Below are positions 1 through 9,560 of a DNA stretch of 64,000 bases, in pieces. How positions within the stretch are numbered: position 1 is the stretch's first letter; every line of letters starts with the position of its first letter. The stretch spans positions 992,001-1,056,000 of the forward strand of contig JAYWIR010000047.1 of the NCBI GenBank assembly GCA_036172245.1, read 5' to 3'. The position numbers and the translations under genes were made by a program. Source of the stretch: Raillietiella orientalis. Its lineage: Eukaryota. The notes under the pieces were generated by a model. The model saw only the letters and a program-made list of their open reading frames with translations. It was not told the origin of the DNA and did no database searches.

Positions 1-365
1 GCACAGAGTCATCTTCATCCGACTAGGGGTTCTTTTCTCCCATGAAAGCTGCTCTCTTCCCAGAAGCATGAGAAACCGAGTCCACCCCAGTGCGGGTTAC
101 GGGAACGTCAGACTCTTTTTTCCTTCAGAGGAAGCAACAACTCGGATTTCTCTAGCTGTCGTCCTGGTTGATTCATGTTTGTTCCGAACGACGTGCCCCT
201 TTTTGACGCGGCGAACGTCCGTGCTCGGGGTATTCCGCCGAAAGTTCCGACATTCCTCGTCGAAGGGTGGCGGACGTGTTTTTCCTGCACTCCTACCGCT
301 CCAGTTTGGGAAGCTTTTCTTTTTCGTTTCGTATGTTAGAGTGTGTGGCACATCGTCGCTGTCCC

Positions 366-1931
366 ATGGCAGAAATGCCAGCGGACACCGCGATGGAGAT
401 TGGAGTGGGAGAGGCTAGTTCCTCTCCCCAACCCATGGTGGTGGGGGCGATCGCCCCCACGGAGGCGAGGGCATCGGTCCCCTTGAAAAAGGGTGCAACC
501 GTGTCCTCGGAGCCATCTTCGCCCACGACGAGGACTTGGAGCGCCGTGGCTGCAGCACCATCCGCTGCTGCCATGGCCGAACAATCCGCATATAAGGAGC
601 AAGGATATAAGCCGTCTCTAATCTATAAGGTAGGCAATATCTTTCTTGGCAATACCGCTCGCAACTTCGAGAGGGAGTTGCAGCGGCTTAATGTTAAAGA
701 AGAAGAGTTGGAAGGTCTTTCCGTGTTGAGCGGGGGTCAGCGGGTGGAGTTGACTTGCAAGGATGCAAGCCTGGCTCAACGCCTGCTGAACACCCCCATT
801 ACGCTGGAAGGCAGAAAGCTCTTCCCTGTTACTGAGGACCGCTCCGTAGTAGCGCACCTCACGGGAGTTACCCTCCGCATATCGACAAAAAACGTGCAGG
901 AGGAACTCAGCAAGTACGGCACGGTACTCGCGCTCTGGACCAAGCCCAACGTCTTCCAAACCTATGGAAGGCTGTTCAGTGGCATGGCCGCAGCGCGCGT
1001 AACCGTGCATGAAAACGGTGGGTTACCCCACAAGCTGGACGTCGCCAACGAAAAGGTCGATGTCTGATACGTGGGGAAACCCAAGTACTGTGGGCACTGC
1101 GATGCCACAGGGCACCTGAAAAAACGGTGCCCTCACATCCAGTGTTTCTCATGCGGAGAAAAGGGCCACCTTTAGAAAATGTGCCCAAAGCGCGAAATTC
1201 CGGCCTCCCTCGCTTTGAAAAAAGCTCAAGGAAAACGCGCGGAAAAAACGAAGCCCAAAGAGGCTACAGCAAGGCGTGCCCAGAAGCCAGACCCCGAACC
1301 CTCTCAGCAAACGCCGGTCGAGAAAACTCCCGCTGGTGATAACGAGGGCTGGCAGACGGTGAAGCTAAAAAAGCCAAAGAAAACCGAAGGCCCGAAAGCG
1401 GAGCCAGCGGCGAATCCTATGAATAGGAGACAGCGCCGCGCATTACTCCGCGAATGCTCGGTCACTTTGGAGGGCGTGGGGACCTTAGAGGTCGCCACCG
1501 GGAGAGATATCCCCCGTCTGGTTTGCGTCGAAGCCGCGATCCCCGAAGGCGAACCCTCTCTGAAAACAGAGGAGGAGCCGTGCGACGCGCTGCCCGTAAT
1601 CGAGGACGCCGCCTCCTAACAGGCGGCGGAAGAGCTCGAGGCTGAACTCGTCGGCCGCGAGATCCCGGCGCGAAAAGCCTTGAGAAGGCCGGCCGCGGTC
1701 AAGGCACCTGAAGAAGGTGATGCTGATCCGGATGCCGGTAGTGCGTCCTCCTCCGCGGAGGCGCCTCCAAAGAAGACGGGACGGAAGTCCAAGAATCCAA
1801 GGAGGCGCAGCGTGGGACGATGGAAATCCTTGGGTTCTTTGTTTCCACGCCTCTCCACCCACGGCAACCCGCAGGGGAGGTGTGTAATTCTTCAGGATAG
1901 GGGGCACCCCGGGATGGGGGTCGCCCTATGA
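366..1931 (+). pseudogene. Tx1-type ORF1 (gag-like, zinc knuckle), interrupted by nonsense codons
   Basis: One frame from ATG 366: TWSAVAAA N-terminal motif, RRM-like region (VQEELSKYGTV...LFSG), CGHCDATGHLKKRC (1089-1130) and CFSCGEKGHL*KMC (1143-1184). In-frame stops at 1065, 1173 and 1617. True end uncertain. Confidence 0.8.
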
Positions 1932-2552
1932 ATCCAGGAAGGACTCGGAGTCCGTTCCTCTGACGCTTGGGGAGGGATTCCCCCCGCACGGGGGGGATCG
2001 CACCTCCCACCCTGGCTGTCTCCGAAGGGGAACCCCGAAGGGAATCTCCTTCCTCATTTTCTCCGGAGGGGCACCCCCCCCTAATGGGGTGGTGTCCTCT
2101 CCATTTCAACTTCTCCGAAGGGAACCCGGAAAGGATCCGCTCGTAGGAATTTCTTCTCCGGAGGGAACCCGCAAGGGAACCGCTCCTTTATTCACTCCTC
2201 TGAAGACAACCCCCGAAGGGATGCTTCCGAAACTCAGAAGGGGCGCTGCAGCTTCCCGCAGGGGGATCGCTCTCGCTTGCTTCCTTGTACTCTTCTGGAG
2301 AGGCGACGACTAGGAGGGACCCCCCAACAGGGGGGTCCGCCCCTTTGAACAACTAGAGAGGTGCCCGTGAGGGCTCCTGCTCCATCTTGAAACCGGAGGC
2401 GGTCCCCCGGTGACGAGGATCCACTCTCCTTTGCACACAGGAGGGGGAACTCCCCCCTCCTTTATTCCTGGGAGGACCCGAAGGTCGACTCCTATTGTTC
2501 CGGCCTTCATCGGGAGGCCGCCGGCTTAATCCATAGCCGGTGCCACGCCCGA

Positions 2553-5500
2553 ATGTCTCGGCCAACCAGCGCCATCTTGCAGGAGAAACTCGGAACCCAA
2601 AGGACGGAGTGGAGTCAGTTATCTGCCGAAGTATTCGAACCCGCGACGGGAATCTCCTCCCGCCGTCGTCTGCGCATCGCCGTATGGAACGTAAACGGCA
2701 TGACAGACGCCGGCAGGAGACGAGACATGGCAGCCATTCTAGGATCGTTCGACCTTGCGCTGCTGCAGGAGATCGAACGCATCTCTGGAGGGCGGCTGTG
2801 GTATCGGTGTGGAAAATCGAGAAGTTGTGGTGTCGCCTACCTGCTTCGGCCCGCCGTCGAGGCCGCGGCCCGTGGCGTGCGGTTCGACGATCACGGTCGT
2901 GTCGGCCAGCTGACTCTCAGTTGGTCCAACTCGATCGACCTGATCGTCACGAACGTGTACTCCCCGAGCGGCGCGGACCTGACGAAGAGGAGGGCCAGGA
3001 AAGAATTTTTCCTTGCCCTCCGTCGCGACTGGTTGACCGAGGCAGGCGTGCGGAGTGCCCATCTGGTTGCAGGCGATTTTAACGTTCGCCTGAAACCAGA
3101 TGGGCCGAATCACGAGCGGGACCTGGTCAACGAGGTGTGCACGGCGGTGCACACTTGTAATTTGTTGGCCAGTGTACCAGGGATGGAGGACAACATCGAT
3201 CACGTGTTCCTTGACGAGCACCTGTGCCCTCGCGTGGGCAGGCGCGGCAAGTTACCGTGCGAGCTGTCCGACCATAGCCCGCTAGTTCTCGAGATCCATC
3301 CGCGCGACAGGGGCCCCCCCTCGTCAGCGTGGCGTTTGCCAAGGGACTGGCTGAAGCTCCCGGACGCGACGGAACATCTCCGCACGTTTATACGGAGCTT
3401 CAGGATGCAGACACTCCAGGATTGGGACCGCTTCAAGCGGTCGGTCCAGGAGTTCTGCGACCAGTTCCCTCTGCACCGCCTACCTGCGGGATTTGGGGAC
3501 GGGGTACGTGCCTACCTGCAGGCTCGCCGTTACGCCAGGACCCCCGACATCCGCAGGCTGGCGGAATACAAAGCGGGAGCCGAGAGGCAAGCCTGGCAGT
3601 CAGGATCGGCCAGCTTGCTGGACGATCAGAATCAGGAGCATTCGGCACCTACTCAGATCCGCGGTCTGCTGCGGCGCTTTTACTCCTCCCTGTACGCAAG
3701 AACGCCTCCCGAGCGGGATTTCTCACGACTCCTGCTTCCGGAAGGCGCTCCTGCGATCAAGGAGAAGGAGAAAAAGTCCCTTACGAGCCTTTCACGATGG
3801 ACGAGATCCTCTCGGCCATCGGAAAGCTCAAGAGGCGCAAGGCTCCAGGGGAGGACGGCCTGTCTGCGGAGTTTTACCAAACTTTCGCGGCTGAGCTTAC
3901 CCCCCTGATACAGCAACTCACCTTGCTGATACGCAAGACAGGTGACGTTCCCGCCTCGTTTCGTTCGGCAAAGGTGCGGCTTCTCCCTAAGGGAGGAGAC
4001 CTGAGGAGCATGAACAACTGGCGTCCCATCACAATTGTGAATGCGGACGCCAAGTTGATAGCTAAGGTTTGGGCTGAGCGCTTGGGACGGGTTGCAAAGG
4101 CCTTCATCAGCCCGGAACAGACGTATGCTGTTCCCGGGCGAAGCATGGAGGCGAACCTGTTCCACGCTTCCACCTGGCTAGAGCTCCAACACGAAAGGGG
4201 CTTGATGCGCACCGGGAATTCCGGTGAGTCCGTCAGCCATGCGACGGATGGTCGGATGGGGGAGGGAGCACTTGCGGTCGCTGTCGACTTGCGTAAAGCA
4301 TTCGACAGCGTCGACCAGAATCTCCTGCTGGAGCTTTTGGGACGTTTGGGCTTCCCGGCCTCATTATTGGCCTATCTGCGCTCCAGCTGGCGCGATTCGC
4401 TAATCAATCTTACTTTCAGCGGGCAGACTGTTCACGGCGTGCCGGTGCGACGTGGGATACGGCAGGGAGACAGCCTGAGCCCCTTGCTGTTCAGTACCTA
4501 CTTTGAGTTGGTACTGAGAGCGTACAGGGAAACTCTGGCGCACGACTGTGCCGGTACTCCGGCCGTTTCAGCGTACGCGGACGACCTTCTGCTGCTGCTC
4601 CCTATGTCCACCCCGGCTTCGGCGGTCGAGAAGTTCTTCGACCTGCTGAATCGAGGAACCGGACTTACGGTGAACAGGGCGAAGTCGTCCGTGATGCCAG
4701 TTGGTGCGGCGTGGGCAGGGCAGCAGGACTGGGTCCGTTTGGGGATCCCCACGGTGAGGTACTTCAAGTACCTTGGTGTGCCGTTGGAGGACTACTTCCC
4801 TGCGGAAGCGTGGTCCTGCTGCCTCCAAAAAGTAGAGACGGCTATCGGCCCGTTCCGAGGCGGCAGGTTTTTCCTGCCTGAACGGGCCGCGGTTTGGAAC
4901 ATGTTCGCGGCTCCTCTCCTCCTTTCCCTGCTTTTTGTTTGTCCTCCCACAGAGAGGATAAAAAAGCAGACGAAGGACCTCCTCCGTATCGCCCTTTGGG
5001 ACAACGGGAGGGCCCGAGTCCGCTTAAAGGACTTGTGCGCTCCGCATCGGGACGGTGGTCTCGGCCTCCTGACATTGGAGCGGCTGGAGCTGCAACTCCA
5101 GTTCTGGATTTTGGCACTTGTGCCAGAGTTGTGGTGCACCTGTTGGTGCGTCCCTGCACGTCTCTTCCTTCAGCAAGCCACCGGCAAGACGGGACTTACG
5201 TCCTTTCTTGCACTTCGTCGCCGCGTCAACCGATGCGGACTCCAGCTACGGAGGGTGGCTGCGCTGGCAAGGAAAAATCAAGGATGGATCACCTGTCTCC
5301 CAGCGAACGGTAGTGCCTGGTTGCAGGAAACCGTTCGCACGTGGGGACAGTTCGGCATGCAACGCTCCCAACAGGAACGAAGGTTCCTGTTTGGGGGTTA
5401 CAGAAGTTGCACGCTTCGTGAGATCCTGGAGGATCCTAAGAAGAGAGCGTGGTCAGGAAGAACCCCCCTCGCTGCTGCGCTGGACTCCCTAGTGAAACAT

Positions 5501-6162
5501 CAGGACAGCGATGTTGCGGCGAAGTGGGAGGTTACAATAAAAATCTCCTGGAAGGAGAAGAAGCAGAGAGAGTGGAAGACGGGCCAGCTAACTGATGCTG
5601 CGACCCCGATAACGCCTCCCAATGGACTTCTGCGCTGGGGAGCGCTGCTCGATGTTCCGATTCAACATCTGAAGTGGCCCCCGGTTCTTATGAACACTTC
5701 CACCCTCCCCTTAAGATGGCAGGAGTCGGCATTCCTGTTGCAGCACTGGGGACTCCCCTGCAACGCCCGTCGACACCACTGGACCTGGGGAGCGGTGGAC
5801 CCCAATTGTGTAAGGTGCGGGGAACGGGAGTCCCTCCCTCACCTCCTAGTGGATTGTGTTGCCCTTCGGCCCCTTTGGTTCCGCTTTGCCGCGGCCATCG
5901 GTATCCCTTGCGGCAACCCCAGGGACGCACTAAAAGCCTTCTTCGTTGCCGACGCCCTTCGGCCAGCGTCCTCGATAGCAGCCTTCGTGGGATCGTCGCC
6001 GCATGGAGCACGGCGACGGGAGGACCAAGCGATCAGAATGCCATCCAGTGCGCCTCCCAATTCCTGAGGAGGGCGTCGCGATGGCCCCACCTGGATGTTC
6101 ACATCAAACAAGAGCTTGCCTGCATCCTGAGAGGGATGATGCGGCCCCAGCAGCATCAGTGA
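2553..6162 (+). pseudogene. Tx1-type ORF2: APE endonuclease + reverse transcriptase + zf-RVT-like tail, two frameshifts
   Basis: EN motifs WNVNG, LQE, NVYSP, AGDFN, IDHVF, SDH. RT motifs KAPGEDG, NWRPITI, DLRKAFDSV, GIRQGDSLSP, YADD (4574-4585), FKYLG, DGGLG; tail CVRCGERESLPHLLVDC. Apparent 1-nt deletions near 3783 and 5990; stop at 6160-6162. Confidence 0.92.
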
Positions 6163-6373
6163 TCCCGTTCCCTCCCACCCTTTGTTTCTTTTTGTTTAGT
6201 TTTTTGTTTTTCCCCTTTCCCCTGCTGCCTTGGTGGACCGTACCGGTCTAGGAACCGGTGAATTGGCAGGCTCCGTGGTTCTTCGCTTCTGGCTGGAGCA
6301 TTGCCACAGTCATAAATAATTTCATTATAAAGTTTATTTTCCAATAAACGACCCGGAGAAATCCGGGTGAAAA

Positions 6374-6431
6374 TCGAACCCGCGACGCATGGTGCCACAC
6401 GCGGAAGCCTTAACCACAAGGCCTCCGACGC
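6374..6431 (-). pseudogene. tRNA-His(GTG)-like 5' fragment (SINE head or tRNA pseudogene), truncated in the T-loop
   Basis: Minus strand reads GCGTCGG-AG-GCCT-TGTGGTTA-AGGC-T-TCCGC-GTGTGGC-ACCAT-GCGTC-GCGGG-TTCGA. Canonical tRNA spacing, paired D stem, A/B-box-like motifs, GTG at positions 34-36. Anticodon stem does not pair and the 3' half of the T arm is absent. Confidence 0.6.
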
Positions 6432-6439
6432 GGCCTCCT

Positions 6440-6976
6440 GACCAAGAAGCAGGGGGACGCACCGGCAGCCGGGGGGGAAGCCGGCAGCGTGGGAACGGAG
6501 GAAGGGAATTTCCCACTCCCCGTGACCGAGCAGCTGTCAACCCCGATGGAGGAGGGGGAGCAGGTAGGTGACAACCTCCCCTTTCCACCGACCAGCCCAG
6601 CCGACGAATTGGACCTCATGGAGGAGGAAGTGCAGGTAGGAGATACCCGCCTACTCCCACCGATGAGGCCTGCAGCGGAATCGGCCTCCATGGAGGAGGG
6701 AGAACCGGTGAGCGATGTACCCCCTCCTCCATCCGTCCCGCCTGATAAGGTGGCGGGAGCCGCACTGCCACGTTCCCAGGAATAACCCCTGGGCTCGCCT
6801 GTCGCCAACGGATCCTCGTGGCCTGTTGGAATGTCAACGGGCTGCGCGACGACGGCAACAGGAGAGATACAGCCGACACCCTGCGAGAATTCGGCCTGGC
6901 GCTTCTGCAGGAGATCCACGTGATCACTGCAAGAGACTTCGAGGAGATCGAGAGAATCGCAGGGGGTCGGTTGTTT
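6440..6976 (+). mobile_element. Internal fragment of a related Tx1-like LINE (ORF1 tail/spacer + start of endonuclease, element 2)
   Basis: VACWNVNGLRDDGNRRDTADTLREFGLALLQEIH...EIERIAGGRLF aligns with element 1 IAVWNVNGMTDAGRRRDMAAILGSFDLALLQE..IERISGGRLW. Confidence 0.8.
6546..6740 (+). repeat. Degenerate 72-nt tandem repeat (3 units, MEE(G/E)E...PP)
   Basis: ATGGAGGAG starts at 6546, 6618 and 6690; units translate MEEGEQVGD.., MEEEVQVGD.., MEEGEPVSD.. Confidence 0.7.
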
Positions 6977-7455
6977 ATCACCCGGGTGAGCCGGGGCGTT
7001 TATTACAAACTATCCAGGAACAGAGTTCCCGGACAAAGGATACAGAAGAGACGAAAGGGGTGGGATCCCCGACAAGCAGGTCGGTATACGGAAAGTCCTG
7101 AACGGGAGGGAGGGGACCACAAATACACTTATAAAAAAATAAAAATAAAAATACGGGAGGGTAGGGGACAGGGGTCTTTTGTAAGGCCGTTCCTTCCTTT
7201 CAGAACCGGCGATGGATGCCGGCGATCTCTCTCCTCACGCTCTCCGGTAGGTGGGCCCACTCGGCAGCCGACCACATGTTTGCGTGTTTGTGTCCGCTAT
7301 TCCGGTGGTCTGACGGCGAATCGCCAGCTTCTCCAACTCTCGGTGGGCCTTGTCGATGGCGTGGGCGCAACAGACCGTTGCGATGACAGCACCTAAAGAC
7401 AGGCCGCCTGGCGTGAAGAAGCGGCGCATCAAGTCTCTTGCGGTGTCCCCCTGGT
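6974..7455 (-). mobile_element. 5'-truncated Tx1-like LINE 3' end (element 4)
   Basis: Minus strand RDLMRRFFTPGGLSLGAVIATVCC ... AEWAHLPESVRREIAGIHRRF* (stop 7200-7202) matches the element 1 tail RWPHLDVHIKQELACILRGM. Followed by a T-rich UTR, AATAAA (6999-7004) and the shared terminal hairpin. Confidence 0.8.
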
Positions 7456-9560
7456 GCTGGAGAGAAGTTGTTTGGGAAGTCACAGATCGGATCGACAGAA
7501 TGCGAAGCCGCTTCAAATATTCTTTCTCTGTCCAGCCGATTGTGGAAAAAAAACTTTCTTCGCCTAGAAGAAATTATGGAAACGTACGATCACTTGAATC
7601 TGACTCACGACTCGACTCATAATGCGTTCGTCGCCCGCGACAGGGAAGGCCGTCGCGCCTGATAAACGGTACGGAGGTTCATTCTGCACTTGAGATGGAA
7701 ATGCCTCGAGGTCTTCCGCGAGAAATACTTCACTTAAGTCGAAACGGCCTGAACGCTCGAGCCACCACCGTGGACGAAATGAGCACGGCTGGCTCTGACA
7801 TCTTTCGTGTTACAGCCAAGAGGCTAAAGACTTCGATCGGGAATTCGGCGCGGAGGTTTGCATCCGTGTCGGTGCGAGGCAGACGTTCGGACCGCGGGGG
7901 AGTTCGGTTTGAGGTGCAATCTTGTGGCGACCTTCCGCTCGTTCAGGCCATGGCACGAAGTGATGCTGTGCTCTCTTCCGTATCAACCGAAATCGGAAAC
8001 CTCAAATCTCCGGATCCGGCCGATTGGAAGTCGGCTCAGAGCGGACTTCATCAAGGAATACAGTCCAAATCTTTCCGTCTGCTTTGCCGTAACAACGATG
8101 TTCTACAGTACAGTGCTCAAGCGTTTCAAGCAGGCACTGCGATCGATTGTACAGCCGATGATTGTATTTAACTGGACAAGAAGTCCAATGAGCACTTGGT
8201 GAACGCAAGAACACAATTTCATCAAATGAGCGTTATGTCTCCCGTTTATATTACCTCTATCAACCGGAAAGCCATACATGATGGTGAGCCACGATTTTTA
8301 GAAGGTGGTTTACTTAAGAAAGCGATTGGGACCTTTCAGTGTGCTGAAATGGAAGACATGGACATCAGAAGATTGTGGTTGCAGTTCGACAGTAAGGGCA
8401 TAGGGACCGTCTGAAAACGCTTCCTCATACACCGTTGCATCCGAGTGTCTTGAAGGAAGGTTGGACTGCAATAACCAAACGCTCCGAAACAGTGTCTTCA
8501 AGAGTGAGATGTCACAACGCAAGCAAATTCGATTTCCTTTAGCGTGTGCTATGACGGTTCGTGAGTTTCAGGGTGAAACCTTCGGAATTGTGCTGTAACG
8601 GGACAAAGGTCTCGAACAACGACAACGACTCGTCTACGTTGCCTTGTCAGAACCTAAACGAACACAAACGGTCTGTACCTCACAGGCCGTGTACGCTATC
8701 TCACGAACCAGGCGTGCCAGAATGCTCGAGGATGCAGCTCGAATAAGGTGCAAGGATTAGAGCGGAGTTAGAGCGGTTGGATTGCCATCGCCTCGAAACA
8801 GCCTCCGTTGGAGAGACGCAGCTGCCGAAAAAAGCCTCACCATGCAAGAGCGTGAAACTGACGACGTGAAATGTTCACAGCTCGATGCTTTCTCGCCAAG
8901 ATATCGCTACAGACACGATACTTAGCCAGTCAAACATCTTGACAGTAACTTGCCTCGAGAAATGATCAGCGAGCTGACTTTCGCGGCTATAAATGCATTT
9001 TTCAATTCGAAAGGCCGTCCATTTTATCCGGATGAGTGGCGATCTACAATGAAGAAAGCGGTCCAACCGGGATGTGCGTCTACTCAACACATCCTGGTGT
9101 CTGTTGACCAAGATGAGCGCATGAGACGAATGGCAGTATTTGCCCTGCTGTGACACTATTTGCTCTGCTGAAGTCAAAAGATTGAAGGCGTTGTTCGTCT
9201 GCACCACTCCAAGCTCGACCATAGATCGGATTAGATTCTTCTTAGCTCGTAATGCGACTACGTATTTGCCCAGGTTCCCAGATGCGTTTCGAATAACGAA
9301 GAACGGCAGTGATCCCAATAAGCGCATCATATCTGTTGAAGATTTTCCCGATAGACATCAAGAAAATGTGAATTTATAACGCTTCATGAAGATCGATGTT
9401 CAACTGAAAACTTGCAGCAGTCCCCGCGAAATCCACCACGAGCGGTCAAACTCGTGTAGTTTTGGTGTTCGTTTGTGGCTTAGAAAGGTGAGAGTGTTTA
9501 AGCTGTGCGGCTTACTTTAGATATCATGGGCCCATGTGGCCCGTTGTGAACTAAACAAAC
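7455..9560 (+). mobile_element. Degenerate Helentron (Helitron2-type): PIF1-like helicase followed by APE endonuclease
   Basis: Ordered motifs across frameshifts: PLQIFFLCPADCGK (Walker A, ~7510-7550), INGTEVHSA, VDEMS...RLK..IGN, RLLCRNNDV, KPYM..GLLKKAIGT, RKQ.RFPLACAMTVREFQG...LVYVALS (~8520-8650). Then EN-like NVHS...DIATD, GYKCIFQFER..G*VAIY, STT..TRVVLVF, YFRYHGP (~9510-9535). Confidence 0.8.

Larger units (their letters stand above)
1..6373 (+). mobile_element. Near full-length non-LTR retrotransposon, L1/Tx1 clade (inactive copy, element 1)
   Basis: ORF1 with two CCHC knuckles, ORF2 with APE endonuclease, RT and C-terminal zinc-finger region, T-rich 3' UTR, AATAAA at 6343-6348 and short A-run at 6370-6373. 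5' boundary not determined (may lie before the window). Confidence 0.9.

Noticed and set aside
215..277. HDV-like ribozyme in the LINE 5' UTR (TTCCTCGT)
   Set aside because: Flanks do not form P3 or the nested pseudoknot; only a simple 7-bp helix is evident.
1065..1619. Alternative genetic code or programmed readthrough in ORF1
   Set aside because: All three stop types occur, host genes end in ordinary TAG/TAA, and ORF2 of the same copy is frameshifted; decay is simpler.
6343..6373. Hammerhead ribozyme (stem followed by GAAA)
   Set aside because: No CUGANGA core upstream and no stems I/III.
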